From the NCBI GenBank assembly GCA_012295275.1, contig CM022670.1, positions 17,236,001-17,300,000 on the forward strand: DNA of 64,000 nucleotides, given 5' to 3'. This stretch comes from Chrysomallon squamiferum (Eukaryota; Animalia; Mollusca). Each line of letters starts with the position of its first letter. Within the stretch, counting starts at the first letter, position 1. The notes beneath the pieces were generated by a model. The model was given only the letters and a program-made list of their open reading frames with translations, was not told the DNA's origin and searched no databases. Shown piece by piece: positions 1 through 11,217 of the stretch. Made by a program: the position numbers and the translations under genes.

Positions 1-170
1 CAAACAGTTTTGTACAATTATATAAATTCAAATACTTTTGTGGGTGAAATAAAGTTTATGTACACCAAGACATAAAAAAACTGGATTTCAGAAATGTTTT
101 TAATTTCAGATATTTGGTTAAAGGATGCTCAAATTAGTTTAAAAGTAAAATGTCAAAAGTAGACCAGTAG

Positions 171-366
171 TGGGTTGGAACAAAAGTCAGGAGTTTTTTT
201 CAGTAGGTAGTGTTTGAGCTGATGATTTCATTTCATATATGACTGAAATATCTGACATACAAAAATATTCTGATAGTGAACAAAATGATGCCTGTCTGGT
301 GGAATAAATCTAAATATCATCTTTGAATTTCACTTAAAAAATGCTATGGACTTTTGTTCCAACCCA
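171..366. mobile_element. MITE-like element with a perfect 18-bp terminal inverted repeat
   Basis: TGGGTTGGAACAAAAGTC (171-188) and GACTTTTGTTCCAACCCA (349-366) flank 160 bp of non-coding DNA. No TSD is evident. Confidence 0.55.
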
Positions 367-412
367 ACAGTTGTAAGTTTGTAATCATTATAATGATATT
401 TTCAAAGGGTAC

Positions 413-505
413 CTCATGTTGATCCCAGTGTTTCTCTGGATTATTCAAAAGAGGGATGTCTTTGTCCAGAGGCTGGTATGAATTCTGTTGCAGTTCCAAA
501 GTATT
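413..505 (-). CDS. Pcdh: Next protocadherin cytoplasmic exon (31 aa: NTLELQQNSYQPLDKDIPLLNNPEKHWDQHE)
   Basis: Acceptor tgttgtttcAG (507-506), 93 nt open in phase 0 matching the upstream donor, then donor GAG|GTACCC (413/412). It is GC-richer than its flanks. Confidence 0.7.
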
Positions 506-850
506 CTGAAACAACATTTAACATTTTTATAGCAAAATTTTGTTAAAAAACAGAAGAAAAAAACACCAAAACTATGTTAAAAAAAAAAAAAAACATTGAC
601 TATAAAAAAGCTATGTGAAAATGAAACGTTTGAGAAATATAATAAATTGCAATATTATATATATATTTATCAAATGCCATGACAGGTCTACACAGTGGGT
701 CAACAATATATATATATGATCTTTGATGGATTTTACCCAGAAAAGGCAGTCAGTATTTCAAAGGTAAAAGTAAGAACTATGTAGCAGAGATTCTGCTTTT
801 TATGGAGTGAAGTCTTCTGTGAAAAACAGCATTTATTGATAAAACATCTG

Positions 851-965
851 AGATAGTACATTTATCTAGCCCAAAGGATGTTCTCATCTAGCCTAGAGCT
901 GCCATTATCTCAGCAAGATGTGGGCCAATTTTGGGATATCTTTAGGCCAGATAAATGTGCTGTCT
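851..965. repeat. Imperfect inverted repeat / long hairpin
   Basis: Arms 851-876 and 940-965 match at 22/26 positions, and all four differences are transitions. Weaker pairing continues inward. Confidence 0.7.
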
Positions 966-1929
966 GTTATTGTTACAGCCAAATCTTATTAGGATTAAGA
1001 GGACATGTCATTGATGAAATTTATCTTTTCACAGAAATACATCTACCTCCATAATATTTACCCAGTCTGAACAAAAGTGTGTGCAGCTAGCTTTATCATC
1101 GCAAAAGTCTTTATTTATAGTTTAATCTTTATATTTATCTGTTTATTTATACAAGTAAATTCCATGATGAAAAAATGATTTACGTAACATTTCAACATCA
1201 GTAATTGATAGATTATTGATAAATCAGTTTATGATGTAATATAATTCAAGCATGCAGCTAAAAGGGACAGTTTGAGAAAAAAGTCACTCTTGATTATTGA
1301 CAGAAATATTTCTCCGTGTTTCTTTTGCTGCAGAGTTAAGAGTTCCTTTAGAAGATTAATGTTCCCACAGTTAGAACTGCCATGAAAGTCAATAACCAAT
1401 GTGTGCCAAGTTGAACGGCAATTTCTTTGAAGTTCTATTTTATTATTTCTTTTAATAAAAGTGTGAAGCAGTCTACTTGCGCTGTGTACATGCAGGTTAT
1501 TCAGTTAAAATAATAATCCTACTTGTATAATCAGTGAGACAGAATTGTGTTTGCAGGCATGTTTAAATACGTCAGATAAATCAATTCAATAATGAATTTT
1601 ATTGCTGTTGTTGTCAACACAAATTTACAGCATGTTCAGAAATAATAAATATGTTTGTAGTCTCGTAAAAACCTTTCTTTTAATACCTGGGGAAAAAGAA
1701 GTTTTCTAAATATTTGAATTAAATATGTGAACTGTCTCCAGAACATTTAAAAACATTAACTGTGTTGCATATGTGTGGGTGTGTTTATGTGTGTGTGAAT
1801 TATAATTTATTATTCATTTCTTTTGTAAATATATGTATGTATGTTTGTGTTTGTGTCTGAATGCCTGTGTAATAACTGTAGTGTGTATCTGTATCTGTCC
1901 ATTATTAAACTGGTTATAAAAAAACTTAC

Positions 1930-2115
1930 TGTTTGTGACTCATTTGGATTACGGAATGTTGTGAAAGAAGCAATGCCAGATGAACCACTTGTGTTATGAG
2001 CATCTTTTTCTTCATCCAGTGAAAAACTGACTTCCTTCTTTTTCTTCAGACCCTCCTTGTTCTCATTAGAGTCAGTAGACACTGAAGAGAAACTTCCTCT
2101 TTTGCCACCAAACAT
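1930..2115 (-). CDS. Pcdh: Protocadherin cytoplasmic segment (62 aa, MFGGKRGSF...NPNESQT), in the -1 frame relative to the main ORF
   Basis: One extra A in the minus-strand GAAAAATG run joins ...KSEEEK to MFGGKRGS.... The segment contains RVxF-type KKEVSF (2023-2046) and WIRS-like FTTFRN (1948-1965). It ends at a phase-0 donor ACA|GTAAGT (1930/1929). Confidence 0.85.
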
Positions 2116-4637
2116 TTTTCTTCCTCACTTTTCAACATGACAACATTGGAATGCTGGCGCTCTCTGTCGATACGTTTGATCATGCATATTGTGGTTACTA
2201 TGGCAATGGTCAGCACTGACGTCACTGACACAAGGATGATGACAACAAGCATGTTTGGATCACCTTCTCCAAATATTGCTGTTGTGTTCTCACCAGGTAC
2301 AACAACATTAAGAACAGTATGTGAAGACTGGATGGGTGTTCCGTCATCACTCACTAAAATTACAAGTTTGTACAACCCAGCATCAGATGACTTGATGTCC
2401 TTAGCAACACTGAGCACTCCAGTTCTGCTGTCCAGCTGAAACAACTTCTTCTTGTTGCCCAGCTTAATATGAAAATCAAGTTCTGCGTTCATGTTGTCAG
2501 TGTCGTATGCCTTCACTGTTATTAGTACAGTGCCGGGTTTTGATCCTGCGGGCACTGTGACTGTGTTGTTGTTCTCGGTGGGGACAGTAATGGTTGGTTT
2601 ATGATCGTTAGCATCTAGAATTACAACTGTCACATTAGCACTGTCAGTGAAACTAGGAACCTGTGGATCTTGTACAAACACAGTGAAGTTGAACATGGTA
2701 TCAACCTCATGATCAAATCTGTGCAGTGTAGTCAATTTTCCTGCCCAGGGATCAAGAGAGAAAAGGTCCTCAACATTGGAGTCAGCAGATATAGAGAAGA
2801 GGTAGTTGTTGTTTTTGGGCTCGTCCAAATCAAAGGCTGTAACATTTCCAAACGAAACACCCACTGGTTTGTTTTCAGGGAGGTAAAATGTGAAATGATT
2901 CTTGGTAAACTTTGGAGGCTGATCATTCTGATCATCCACTGTGATGATAACTTCAGCTGATGAAGATTTTGGACTGGCACCATGATCTGTAGCAATCACA
3001 TTAAATCGAAATTCTCTTTCTTTCTCTCTGTCGATTATCTTTCCTGCTTTGATGATGCCAAAGTCAGGATCAATGGTAAATGAAGATCTGGCTTTACTGT
3101 CCAAAGAATATGTGAGTCGACCATTGTCCAGACTATCCCAGTCAGTGGCTGTGACTCGGAGAATTTCTTCACCAACTGCATTGTTTTCTATGATACTGCC
3201 AGTATAAAGTTCCTTACTGAAAATAGGAGTGTTGTCGTTTTCATCAATAACTGTGACAATGAAGCTTGTAGAGTTTGAGAGCGGAGGCTTTCCCTTGTCT
3301 GTGCAGGTGATGGTCACTTTCAGAGAGGGAGTGGTTTCATGGTCAAGTCTCTGATTTAAAATTATCTTAAAGATGTTGTCAAGATTGTCATAAAACTTCT
3401 CCAAAGCAAAATGATCATCATCCATTTGACAGTCAAACTTGGCGTTCCTGCCACTATCAGCATCTGACACTGAAACATGAGCAATGAACTTTCCAGTTTC
3501 CATTCCTTCAGGGATGTCGGCACCTTCTGGTGCTAGGTTGATGCTAATGTGGGGAGCATTGTCATTGACATCCAGGATGTTAATTATGACTGCTGCTAGA
3601 GAAGGTAAAGGAGGTGTGCCGTGGTCTTGAGCTTCAATCATAAACTGAAACTGTTTGTCTTTTTCATAATCTATTGGTCCTCTGGCCAAAATTTTGCCAG
3701 ATTTAGGTTCAATTGATATTGCTTTTCTAATTTTACTTGAAACTCTAGAGCTGAACCGATAAGAAATTTTACCATTTTTTCCAGCATCCTGGTCTACAGC
3801 AGAAACTCTTAGAATTGTAGAGTTAATGGGGTAATTTTCTGGAATGTTAACAGTATATGTGGACTGCAGGAAAGCTGGCCGATTGTCGTTGTAGTCTGTG
3901 ACAGAGATGTTAACTATCACAGACCCTGTTTTCTGTGGGTAGCCCCCATCCTTAGCAACAACAGTGACCTGAAAGAAGTCTCTGGTTTCCCGATCCAACT
4001 TGTGTTTGACAACCAGCCCTAGGTCTGACGTTCCATCGTAATTCTTAATGACTTTAAGGCCAAACATTCCATTGACTGGTATAATTTCATAAGACTGGAC
4101 AGAATTGTTGACTCCTGTGTCTCTGTCTATAGCACCACTGGTATGTAAAACATGGTTGATAGGCACTGACTCTGACACACTTATTCTGACAGATTTTTGA
4201 GGAAATGTGGGCGGATTATCATTTAAGTCATCCAGGATTATCTTAACCTGGTACAGTCCCTTCAGATCATAGATGTTTCTTCTCGAGTCTCGTATGTACA
4301 CTGCAATGTCTATGTTCATCTCACACTCCTGTTTGAAAGGACACACCTTTTCTCTGTCAATCCTTTTCGTTGTTCTGATTGTACTGGTCTTCTCGTCTAT
4401 AGTAAAGAAATGAACGAAAGGGTTGCCAGTGGTGAAAAACGTAAACTTCAACCTTCTGAATTCCTCGTCAGCCAGACTTCCATACAGAAGTGCGTCCCGG
4501 GCAACATTTCCCACAAACGTTCCTTTGTCCTGTTCTTCATACAAGTGATAAGTGATGGTTTTCTCTTCCTGACCAGCACACAAAACAATTGCTGTTAAAA
4601 TTATTAATGACCAAATCACAGCATCATCCTCAGCCAT
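2046..4637 (-). CDS. Pcdh: Protocadherin (delta1-like, 7 EC repeats): signal peptide, ectodomain, TM and start of cytoplasmic tail; true frame probably runs 4637-2115 and then shifts
   Basis: 863-aa ORF with a hydrophobic signal (VIWSLIILTAIVLCAG). It has xE, DRE/DYE/DHE and DxNDNxP calcium motifs (DLNDNPP, DYNDNRP, DVNDNAP, DENDNTP, DQNDQPP, DANDHKP) plus a degenerate 7th repeat. EC1 carries the C-X5-C motif (CPFKQEC), there is no prodomain, and the TM is MLVVIILVSVTSVLTIAIVTTICMI. Start context is attATGG. Family-level call only; the orthologue is not determined. Confidence 0.96.
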   Translation of the reverse strand: MAEDDAVIWSLIILTAIVLCAGQEEKTITYHLYEEQDKGTFVGNVARDALLYGSLADEEFRRLKFTFFTTGNPFVHFFTIDEKTSTIRTTKRIDREKVCPFKQECEMNIDIAVYIRDSRRNIYDLKGLYQVKIILDDLNDNPPTFPQKSVRISVSESVPINHVLHTSGAIDRDTGVNNSVQSYEIIPVNGMFGLKVIKNYDGTSDLGLVVKHKLDRETRDFFQVTVVAKDGGYPQKTGSVIVNISVTDYNDNRPAFLQSTYTVNIPENYPINSTILRVSAVDQDAGKNGKISYRFSSRVSSKIRKAISIEPKSGKILARGPIDYEKDKQFQFMIEAQDHGTPPLPSLAAVIINILDVNDNAPHISINLAPEGADIPEGMETGKFIAHVSVSDADSGRNAKFDCQMDDDHFALEKFYDNLDNIFKIILNQRLDHETTPSLKVTITCTDKGKPPLSNSTSFIVTVIDENDNTPIFSKELYTGSIIENNAVGEEILRVTATDWDSLDNGRLTYSLDSKARSSFTIDPDFGIIKAGKIIDREKEREFRFNVIATDHGASPKSSSAEVIITVDDQNDQPPKFTKNHFTFYLPENKPVGVSFGNVTAFDLDEPKNNNYLFSISADSNVEDLFSLDPWAGKLTTLHRFDHEVDTMFNFTVFVQDPQVPSFTDSANVTVVILDANDHKPTITVPTENNNTVTVPAGSKPGTVLITVKAYDTDNMNAELDFHIKLGNKKKLFQLDSRTGVLSVAKDIKSSDAGLYKLVILVSDDGTPIQSSHTVLNVVVPGENTTAIFGEGDPNMLVVIILVSVTSVLTIAIVTTICMIKRIDRERQHSNVVMLKSEEEKCLVAKEEVSLQCLLTLMRTRRV

Positions 4638-4910
4638 AATGACAATCTGTTTTTCAATCTACACAACTGGCAACATCTCTTGAGAATCAAGAAAAGTTTG
4701 GAATTTTTTTTTTTTTTTTTTTTAAAGCAATTTCAGCACATCTTTATGCCTGATCAGACTGTGTCTAAATCAAACTGCATGGTCCAGTGGATTAGTTGTG
4801 GCCAATCTGAGATGTGTGGCAGCTGTAATCTTGTGTAGACTCTTCAGAACAAAAGGTTGATAAATCAATCAGCCGCTGACCAATTCATTCTGGCAGACAC
4901 AGGCACGGCA
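4638..4910 (-). other. Putative 5'UTR part of the large protocadherin exon
   Basis: Acceptor gattttgtcctttcAG at 4912-4911. A weaker alternative, cttttcttgattctcaAG, lies at ~4680. Confidence 0.5.
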
Positions 4911-5703
4911 CTGAAAGGACAAAATCAATCTGTGAGAACGTTTAAATTCCTGGAAAACTTGACTTTAGAACAAATTTATTTTTTCTATATTTTTTTTTTT
5001 TTAATTAATTAACTTAACAATAGTAATTGAAGATACAGAAACTGACATTAGTGTTTTCTGTTTAAAAAAAGAGAAGTAACCAAATGAAAAATCTGACCCT
5101 AGTAATTTATCAAGTGTAAAAGTTAATCATCAAGATGACATGGCAACTCTGGTTGGCAACTAAACATTTTCTGATTGCAGTATAGTGTGCAGTAACCGAT
5201 TCAGGCAGTAATGACTGTTATTAAAGAACGTGAGAAATGTATTTTACAGTCTTTTTCTTAATACACAATCTTAACAGGCAAAATGCAAACATTAGTGTAT
5301 ACATGGTAATTTGATCTGCATTTCAGCTTGTTGTGAATTAGGCAAGAACATTTATAACCACAAATCTATTTGTGCTTTTATTAATTAATCAATGACAACT
5401 GAATCAATTAATGACTTCCGCAAGACATTATGTGTGAAATTTTTTTTATAAATTTATGACCATTAGTTTTCTAATGCAGTGTTGTTTGAAGTGATTTCCC
5501 AGCAGTCAGTTGGTTTAATGACCATCCAATCAGAATTTTCTAATTATGGGGATAATCCAGCTTTGATTTTGAAACATTTTCTGAACAAGAAAAGATTAAA
5601 TTGTGTTTTTAAAGAGTGCCTGTTTCAGAATCCTGTCTGAAAACAATTAAATTAAACTTTTGTAATCTTAATACAGCAAAATCAATGTAGTCAAAAAAAA
5701 AAA

Positions 5704-5739
<36 letters not shown>

Positions 5740-6939
5740 GATCATAAAAAGAAAAACAATAAATAAGTTAGAAATAAGAGAAAAAAAGCAGGGAACTATA
5801 TAATTAATTAGTATTATTATTAATAAATAATACTAACATCAAAATCTCTAAAATTAATATAATTATTAATAAAGAAATGTTATCAGAATAATGTCTATTG
5901 TTAGTATAATTATAAACAAACCAAGGTGATATAAAAGAATAGTTTATAAACACTGATAAATAAAAAAAACAAGCCCTACAAATCTCCAAACATGATTGTT
6001 TGATTTTAGAAATGGTAAAAATAATTCTTATTTTATTTTGTAATAGGCCTTCCATTGTCAGGATTGATCAATGCTGCGTGTGTTAAAGGTACCACCACTT
6101 ATCAGAGAAATGTGATTAGTGTTACAATAGACCTTGTCTGTGTTCTCCTCTGATACAATTCAGCCTTGAATCAATTTTCTTATTACAGAGGTTAAAAAGT
6201 CAAAACAAAAGCACTGTCTATGAAAATAGACTGGTTTCTGGTGCTTAAAGAATTCTCATTAAGATTGAAATAAAATTCAAGAAAATTCACACAACACACA
6301 CACACACACACAGAGATAACCTCTGAAATGTCACTGAACAAATTGTATTGTCTGCTTTCAAGGAACTGTATGACGTTTTTAACAATATAGAAATCTGAAT
6401 TAAATTAGCGAACAATTCAAGATATTTCCTGTTTAGAAAAAAAAGAATCCATTTTAATTTCAACCTCACTGCACTGATTATTAAGAATGTAATAAAACCA
6501 CATACAAAGGAAACTGTAAAAAGTAATTACTGTAGGAAAATTCCTCTGTTTGATGAAAAATTCCAAAATAATATGATACAAAGATATCTGTATAAAAGAT
6601 AATTAAAACCAATATTTCCTATGAATAGACATTTTATGATTTGAAATGAAAATAATCTATATATTTTGTCATGCAAGAATAATTTTTAGAGTTTTGGTAC
6701 TGGTATTAAATATTTTACTTTCAATGAATTATAATTCAACTATTACTGACAAACATTGTTATTTGTAAATTCATTTAGTTATTTATTGCATGCTGACATT
6801 CAGAATTAATGGTATTTACAGAAGAGATATTTACATACAGAAATTACTCGTATACATACAGTAGAAATATACAGAATTAGTTATATTTTCAGAACTAGTA
6901 TAAAAATACAATATTAAGACTCATAGAAAATAATTTTAA

Positions 6940-7390
6940 AAAATATTTTCCTACTTTTAATTAGAAAACATTCCCCATTCCTAATTTTAATTTAATTTCC
7001 ATGAACTGAAAATATTTTAAAACATTCCCTATTCTTCTCAGTTTTAATATAATTTCCATGAACAAAAAATATTTGAAAACATTCCCCACTTTTCTCAATT
7101 TTAATTAAATTAGAATGAACTGGAAATATTTTAAAATATTCCCCATTCTTAGAATTAATCTAATTTCCAAGAACTGAAAACATTCCCCATACTTCTTGGA
7201 TTTAATTTAATTTTCATGAACTGTGAATATTTCAAAACATTCCCCATTCTTCTTAATTTTAGTTAAATTTGAATGAACAAAAACTATCTGAAAAACATTC
7301 CACATTCGTAGTATTCATTTAATTTCCTCTTCGTCTTAATTTCAATTTAATTTCCACAAATTGAAAATATTTTAAAACATTCTCCACTAT
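6940..7390. repeat. Degenerate minisatellite, ~55-58 bp unit, ~8 copies
   Basis: Recurring AAAACATTCCCCATTCTT...AATTTAATTTCCATGAACTGAAAATATTTT. Confidence 0.8.
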
Positions 7391-7734
7391 CTTATTATTT
7401 TCCACTCTTCTTTCTAATTATCAGATTAGTCATATTCGTTACATGTTAGCAATAAATAATTAAATTTAATTATGTTAATTGACTGTGTATAAAAAAAGGT
7501 TGCCGCATGTGATATACTGAATGCTGTTTTATCAAAACCAAAACTAATGAAGTCTAAAATAACCTTTAATAATAGATACAAAACTAATTACAGTTTCTGC
7601 TCTGCAATAAAAGATAAAGTATTTGGAAGTGTAAAACCATGAAGGATAAATCTGATGGAATGTGGGATGTGGGGGGTTGTAGGGGGGTTGTACCAGGAAT
7701 ATATGAATATATGAAAAAGTGTGTGTAATGTACA

Positions 7735-7736
7735 TT

Positions 7737-7771
<35 letters not shown>

Positions 7772-7890
7772 GTATGCATATATGTGCATATGTATGAATG
7801 TGTGTCTGTGTGTATATATTTATGTGTGTGTACATATATGTGTATGTATGCATATATGTATGTGTGAATGTTGTATATATATATATACTT
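7735..7890. repeat. (TG)n/(TA)n/(TATG)n compound microsatellite
   Basis: Read directly from the sequence. Confidence 0.9.
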
Positions 7891-8209
7891 TAACCATGTT
7901 TTTATTTATATTGTATTACACACTCATGAACATATACATATTTTTGGTGTAATAAGTTTAATGTTGACAACCTAGTTTTGAACAGTTTCGTCATCATGTT
8001 CTTAACATATCAAGCAAACTAGTAATAAAACTTAGTAAAATTTATCTTTTTCAAACTGAACATTTTGCAGCATAATTGGACAAATCTGCCTTCAAGTGTG
8101 TGAACAATAAAGACCATTTTACTTTGAAACAGAAACCACCAAGAGAGGAATTGCAGACAAGGAAGAAGCATTCACTTTTGTGACAGAAATCTTTCTAATA
8201 TTTGCTTCA

Positions 8210-8560
8210 GTTTTGTCGTCCGCTAATGAAAATGTGCAGTGTACTAAAAGATAATCCATATCAGCACATCATTAATAGATCATTGCGTTGTTATTTAGTT
8301 CCATTGTCTCGCGTACGTGAGAACACGACATGTTCGTTTTACCATCACATTCATTATTAACGCCCGCACCGACCAACCTGCTTCTTCTCTCACAAAAACA
8401 TTTGTACCTGACTTCTTTGCGTCTCAGATTAAAATCTGCTTCACGTGTTTGTCGTATCGGCAGCATCTCCTCGTGGTTAAATGACACTCGTGTTGGGATG
8501 ATTCACAACAATCAAAGTTAACATGGACTGTTAGTTTCCGATACACTTCACTGACGTTTT
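8210..8560. promoter_or_regulatory. CpG-retaining patch, candidate enhancer or alternative promoter
   Basis: Many CpGs compared with depleted flanks, E-box CACGTG at 8442, and a minus-strand donor-like CAG|GTACAA near 8408. Confidence 0.35.
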
Positions 8561-11217
8561 TCTGTTGAGATTTTAATAAAACTCTGCTACAAATGTAGTT
8601 TATATATATATATATATATAATTTCTGAAACAGGCATTGTATAAATGTTTTAATAAATAAAAGCTCAGATGATATATCAAGGACAAATTCTGTGACACCG
8701 ATCTTTTTGCTTTCAAGACTAACAAAACATTTTGAATTGAACCCAGTTTTCATTTTTTTTTTTTTTTTTTTTAATAAACATCCATGATTTGTTAATTACA
8801 ATGATATAAGCACTAACCTGTCTATTTTCAACACCAGAAGAAATTCAACTTGAAAAATGATCATAAAAAATGCATAAATTGCATTTTGATGGAAATCATT
8901 GTTCATATTCAATGTGATATAACTTTCCAATGAAGAAAAAAGAGGGGTTTTTTTTGCCATCTAACAGAAAAAAACTGGAACTGTGATAAATGTAAACAAG
9001 ACCCAGGCACCATGGACTAATGAATACACAATACAGAGCAGATTCTGACTTTGACTACTAACAGGATTATCTTTAAGTAGCGACGTTCTCACTCATACAG
9101 AGGTCAATAAAAGTACACAGATGTTAAATAATATTATAGAACAACAAGCAGAATGATATATTTAATCATATAAAATGATAAAAAAAAAAAGACTAAGATA
9201 ACAGAATACACTTCCTCTGTCTATAAACAGCTGTCCAGTTACTATTTATGTAATAAACCATTTGTTATTATTCAGATAGTCTTTCAATTTTTTTTATTAT
9301 TAATTTTAAATCCAGAGTGCATTCCAAATGTTGTACCATTTCAGGTGGGCTTTAGTGTGAGTATGTGTGTTTGTTCAAAGAATTTAACACAACAATCTAA
9401 AAATATTTGGCTGTTTTTAATGAAGTTATATGAAAATATTTAAGACACATACTGATTAATGGTAATTAATTTAACAGAGTTCTGTCAGGCTTGGTTCAGG
9501 ATGTTTGTCGACATCCTCTGTAATTAAGGGTAAAATAAAATAAAATTTAAATCTACAACTGACTTATTGAATTTAGTATGGATGTTCCTGTCTGGTTTCT
9601 AATAACTGATTTCCATATTCCCTTGTCAATATTCATTAATATCTGCTGAAAATATTCAAGTTTTTTTTGTGTCTAATTATAAATCTGTCATTATCTTATA
9701 ACAAAAAAAAAAAGTTAAACATAAATTTTTAAATGTAGTTAAGGAAAATATTTCAAATACTTAATTAATGGGAAAAAAAAAATTAATAAAAGAATTTTAA
9801 AAAATTAATAAAAGTTTAAAAAAAAAAAATAATAATAATCTTGACTGCATCAAGAATTTTATTATTATCCATTTTTCTGTTTCCATTTTTTTTTCAGTCT
9901 GTAATCTAATTGGTTGCTGGACCTTAAAAAAAAAAAAAAAAAAAAAAAAAACAAGAACAGAAAAAAAGAAAAAAAAAACAATCTAGAAAGCACTGATTTC
10001 ACATCATATATTGATCATACATTTTTAACCAATATTAGGAGTAAATTAAATAGGTAATTTTTTTACTTTTTTGTGTGTGTATGTAACTCTGAGAGTACAC
10101 AAAGGTGATCAATAATTTAAAGAGGAAACTGAAAAACAAAACAAACATTGACTTGTAGGGTTAAATGGCTATTACCATCTTCAGATATACATTCAAGGTC
10201 TCTATGTATTTGTGAGAGTTCTTTAAAAACAACAAAACAAATAAAAATCCATTACCCAGCACCTGAAGAGTTCATTTTAGAAGCCATTTCAAGAATTCTG
10301 CACTCTTGTTACATTTTCAGTAATGATTTTAACTTGAACTAGTACACTGAATTAAGAGGAACATATGTTTTTAACTAGTTTTCATTCAAATTTCTTCTTT
10401 TTGAAACTGCTCTTTTTTTGAATCACTTAGCTTATTTAACTTTATTGTGGTGGGGTTTTTTTGATTGAAAACTTTTTGGTTTTTTTTTAATTACATTCTT
10501 TTCATTTCATTATTATTATTATTGTTGTTATTGTTATTATAATTTTTTTTAATTATTATTATTGTTAAATTTATTGTTATTCTTCTTCTTCTTATTGTTA
10601 TTATTACTGTTATTGTTCTTATTATTATTGTTGTTGTCAAAAATTATTACTACCTAAATATATTTCTGGGAAAGAATTTTTAAATATTTAGATTTTCTAG
10701 GGTTATTTTCCCTTAAAATGAAGACTGTGGAACCTAAAACAACCATGAATCTTGAAACTGGAACTTTCTGCAATAAAATCAAGATTTCCTGTTTGAGCTT
10801 GGTTCTTTCTGTGTCTCTTCACTGTACAGATAAAGGAATTAAGGGAATGAAAAAAGAACGGCAATTAGACTGAGTTACATACCAGTCTTTACATTCATGT
10901 CTCATACAGTCATTCATCATTTTATGTGACCCTGATTTCACAGTCTTGTTGTCTTGTAAATATTTATTTATTTCTCATGTCCAGTAACAAAATTTTATTA
11001 AAAAAATTATACCTATTTAAAATTGAAAATGATTGAAATGCATTGATGGATTTGACAAGTCAATTGTGGTTTACTTAATGCATCACAGATATGCATGAAA
11101 ATAACATAAAAATGGTTACTAATGATATGTGATTAGAAAAATCAACAATATGTGGTTGAAATATCAAAACATTTGTGATTAAAATATCAAGAATTCATAG
11201 TTAAACTATCTTTAGAC

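Noticed and set aside
2137-4598. Antisense and alternate-frame ORFs overlapping the protocadherin
   Set aside because: They are shadow ORFs of a long coding exon with no recognisable domains.
2046-4637. Calling the gene a pseudogene
   Set aside because: It has 841 intact codons, preserved calcium motifs and intact splice sites. A single homopolymer indel is better explained by an assembly error or a recent allele.
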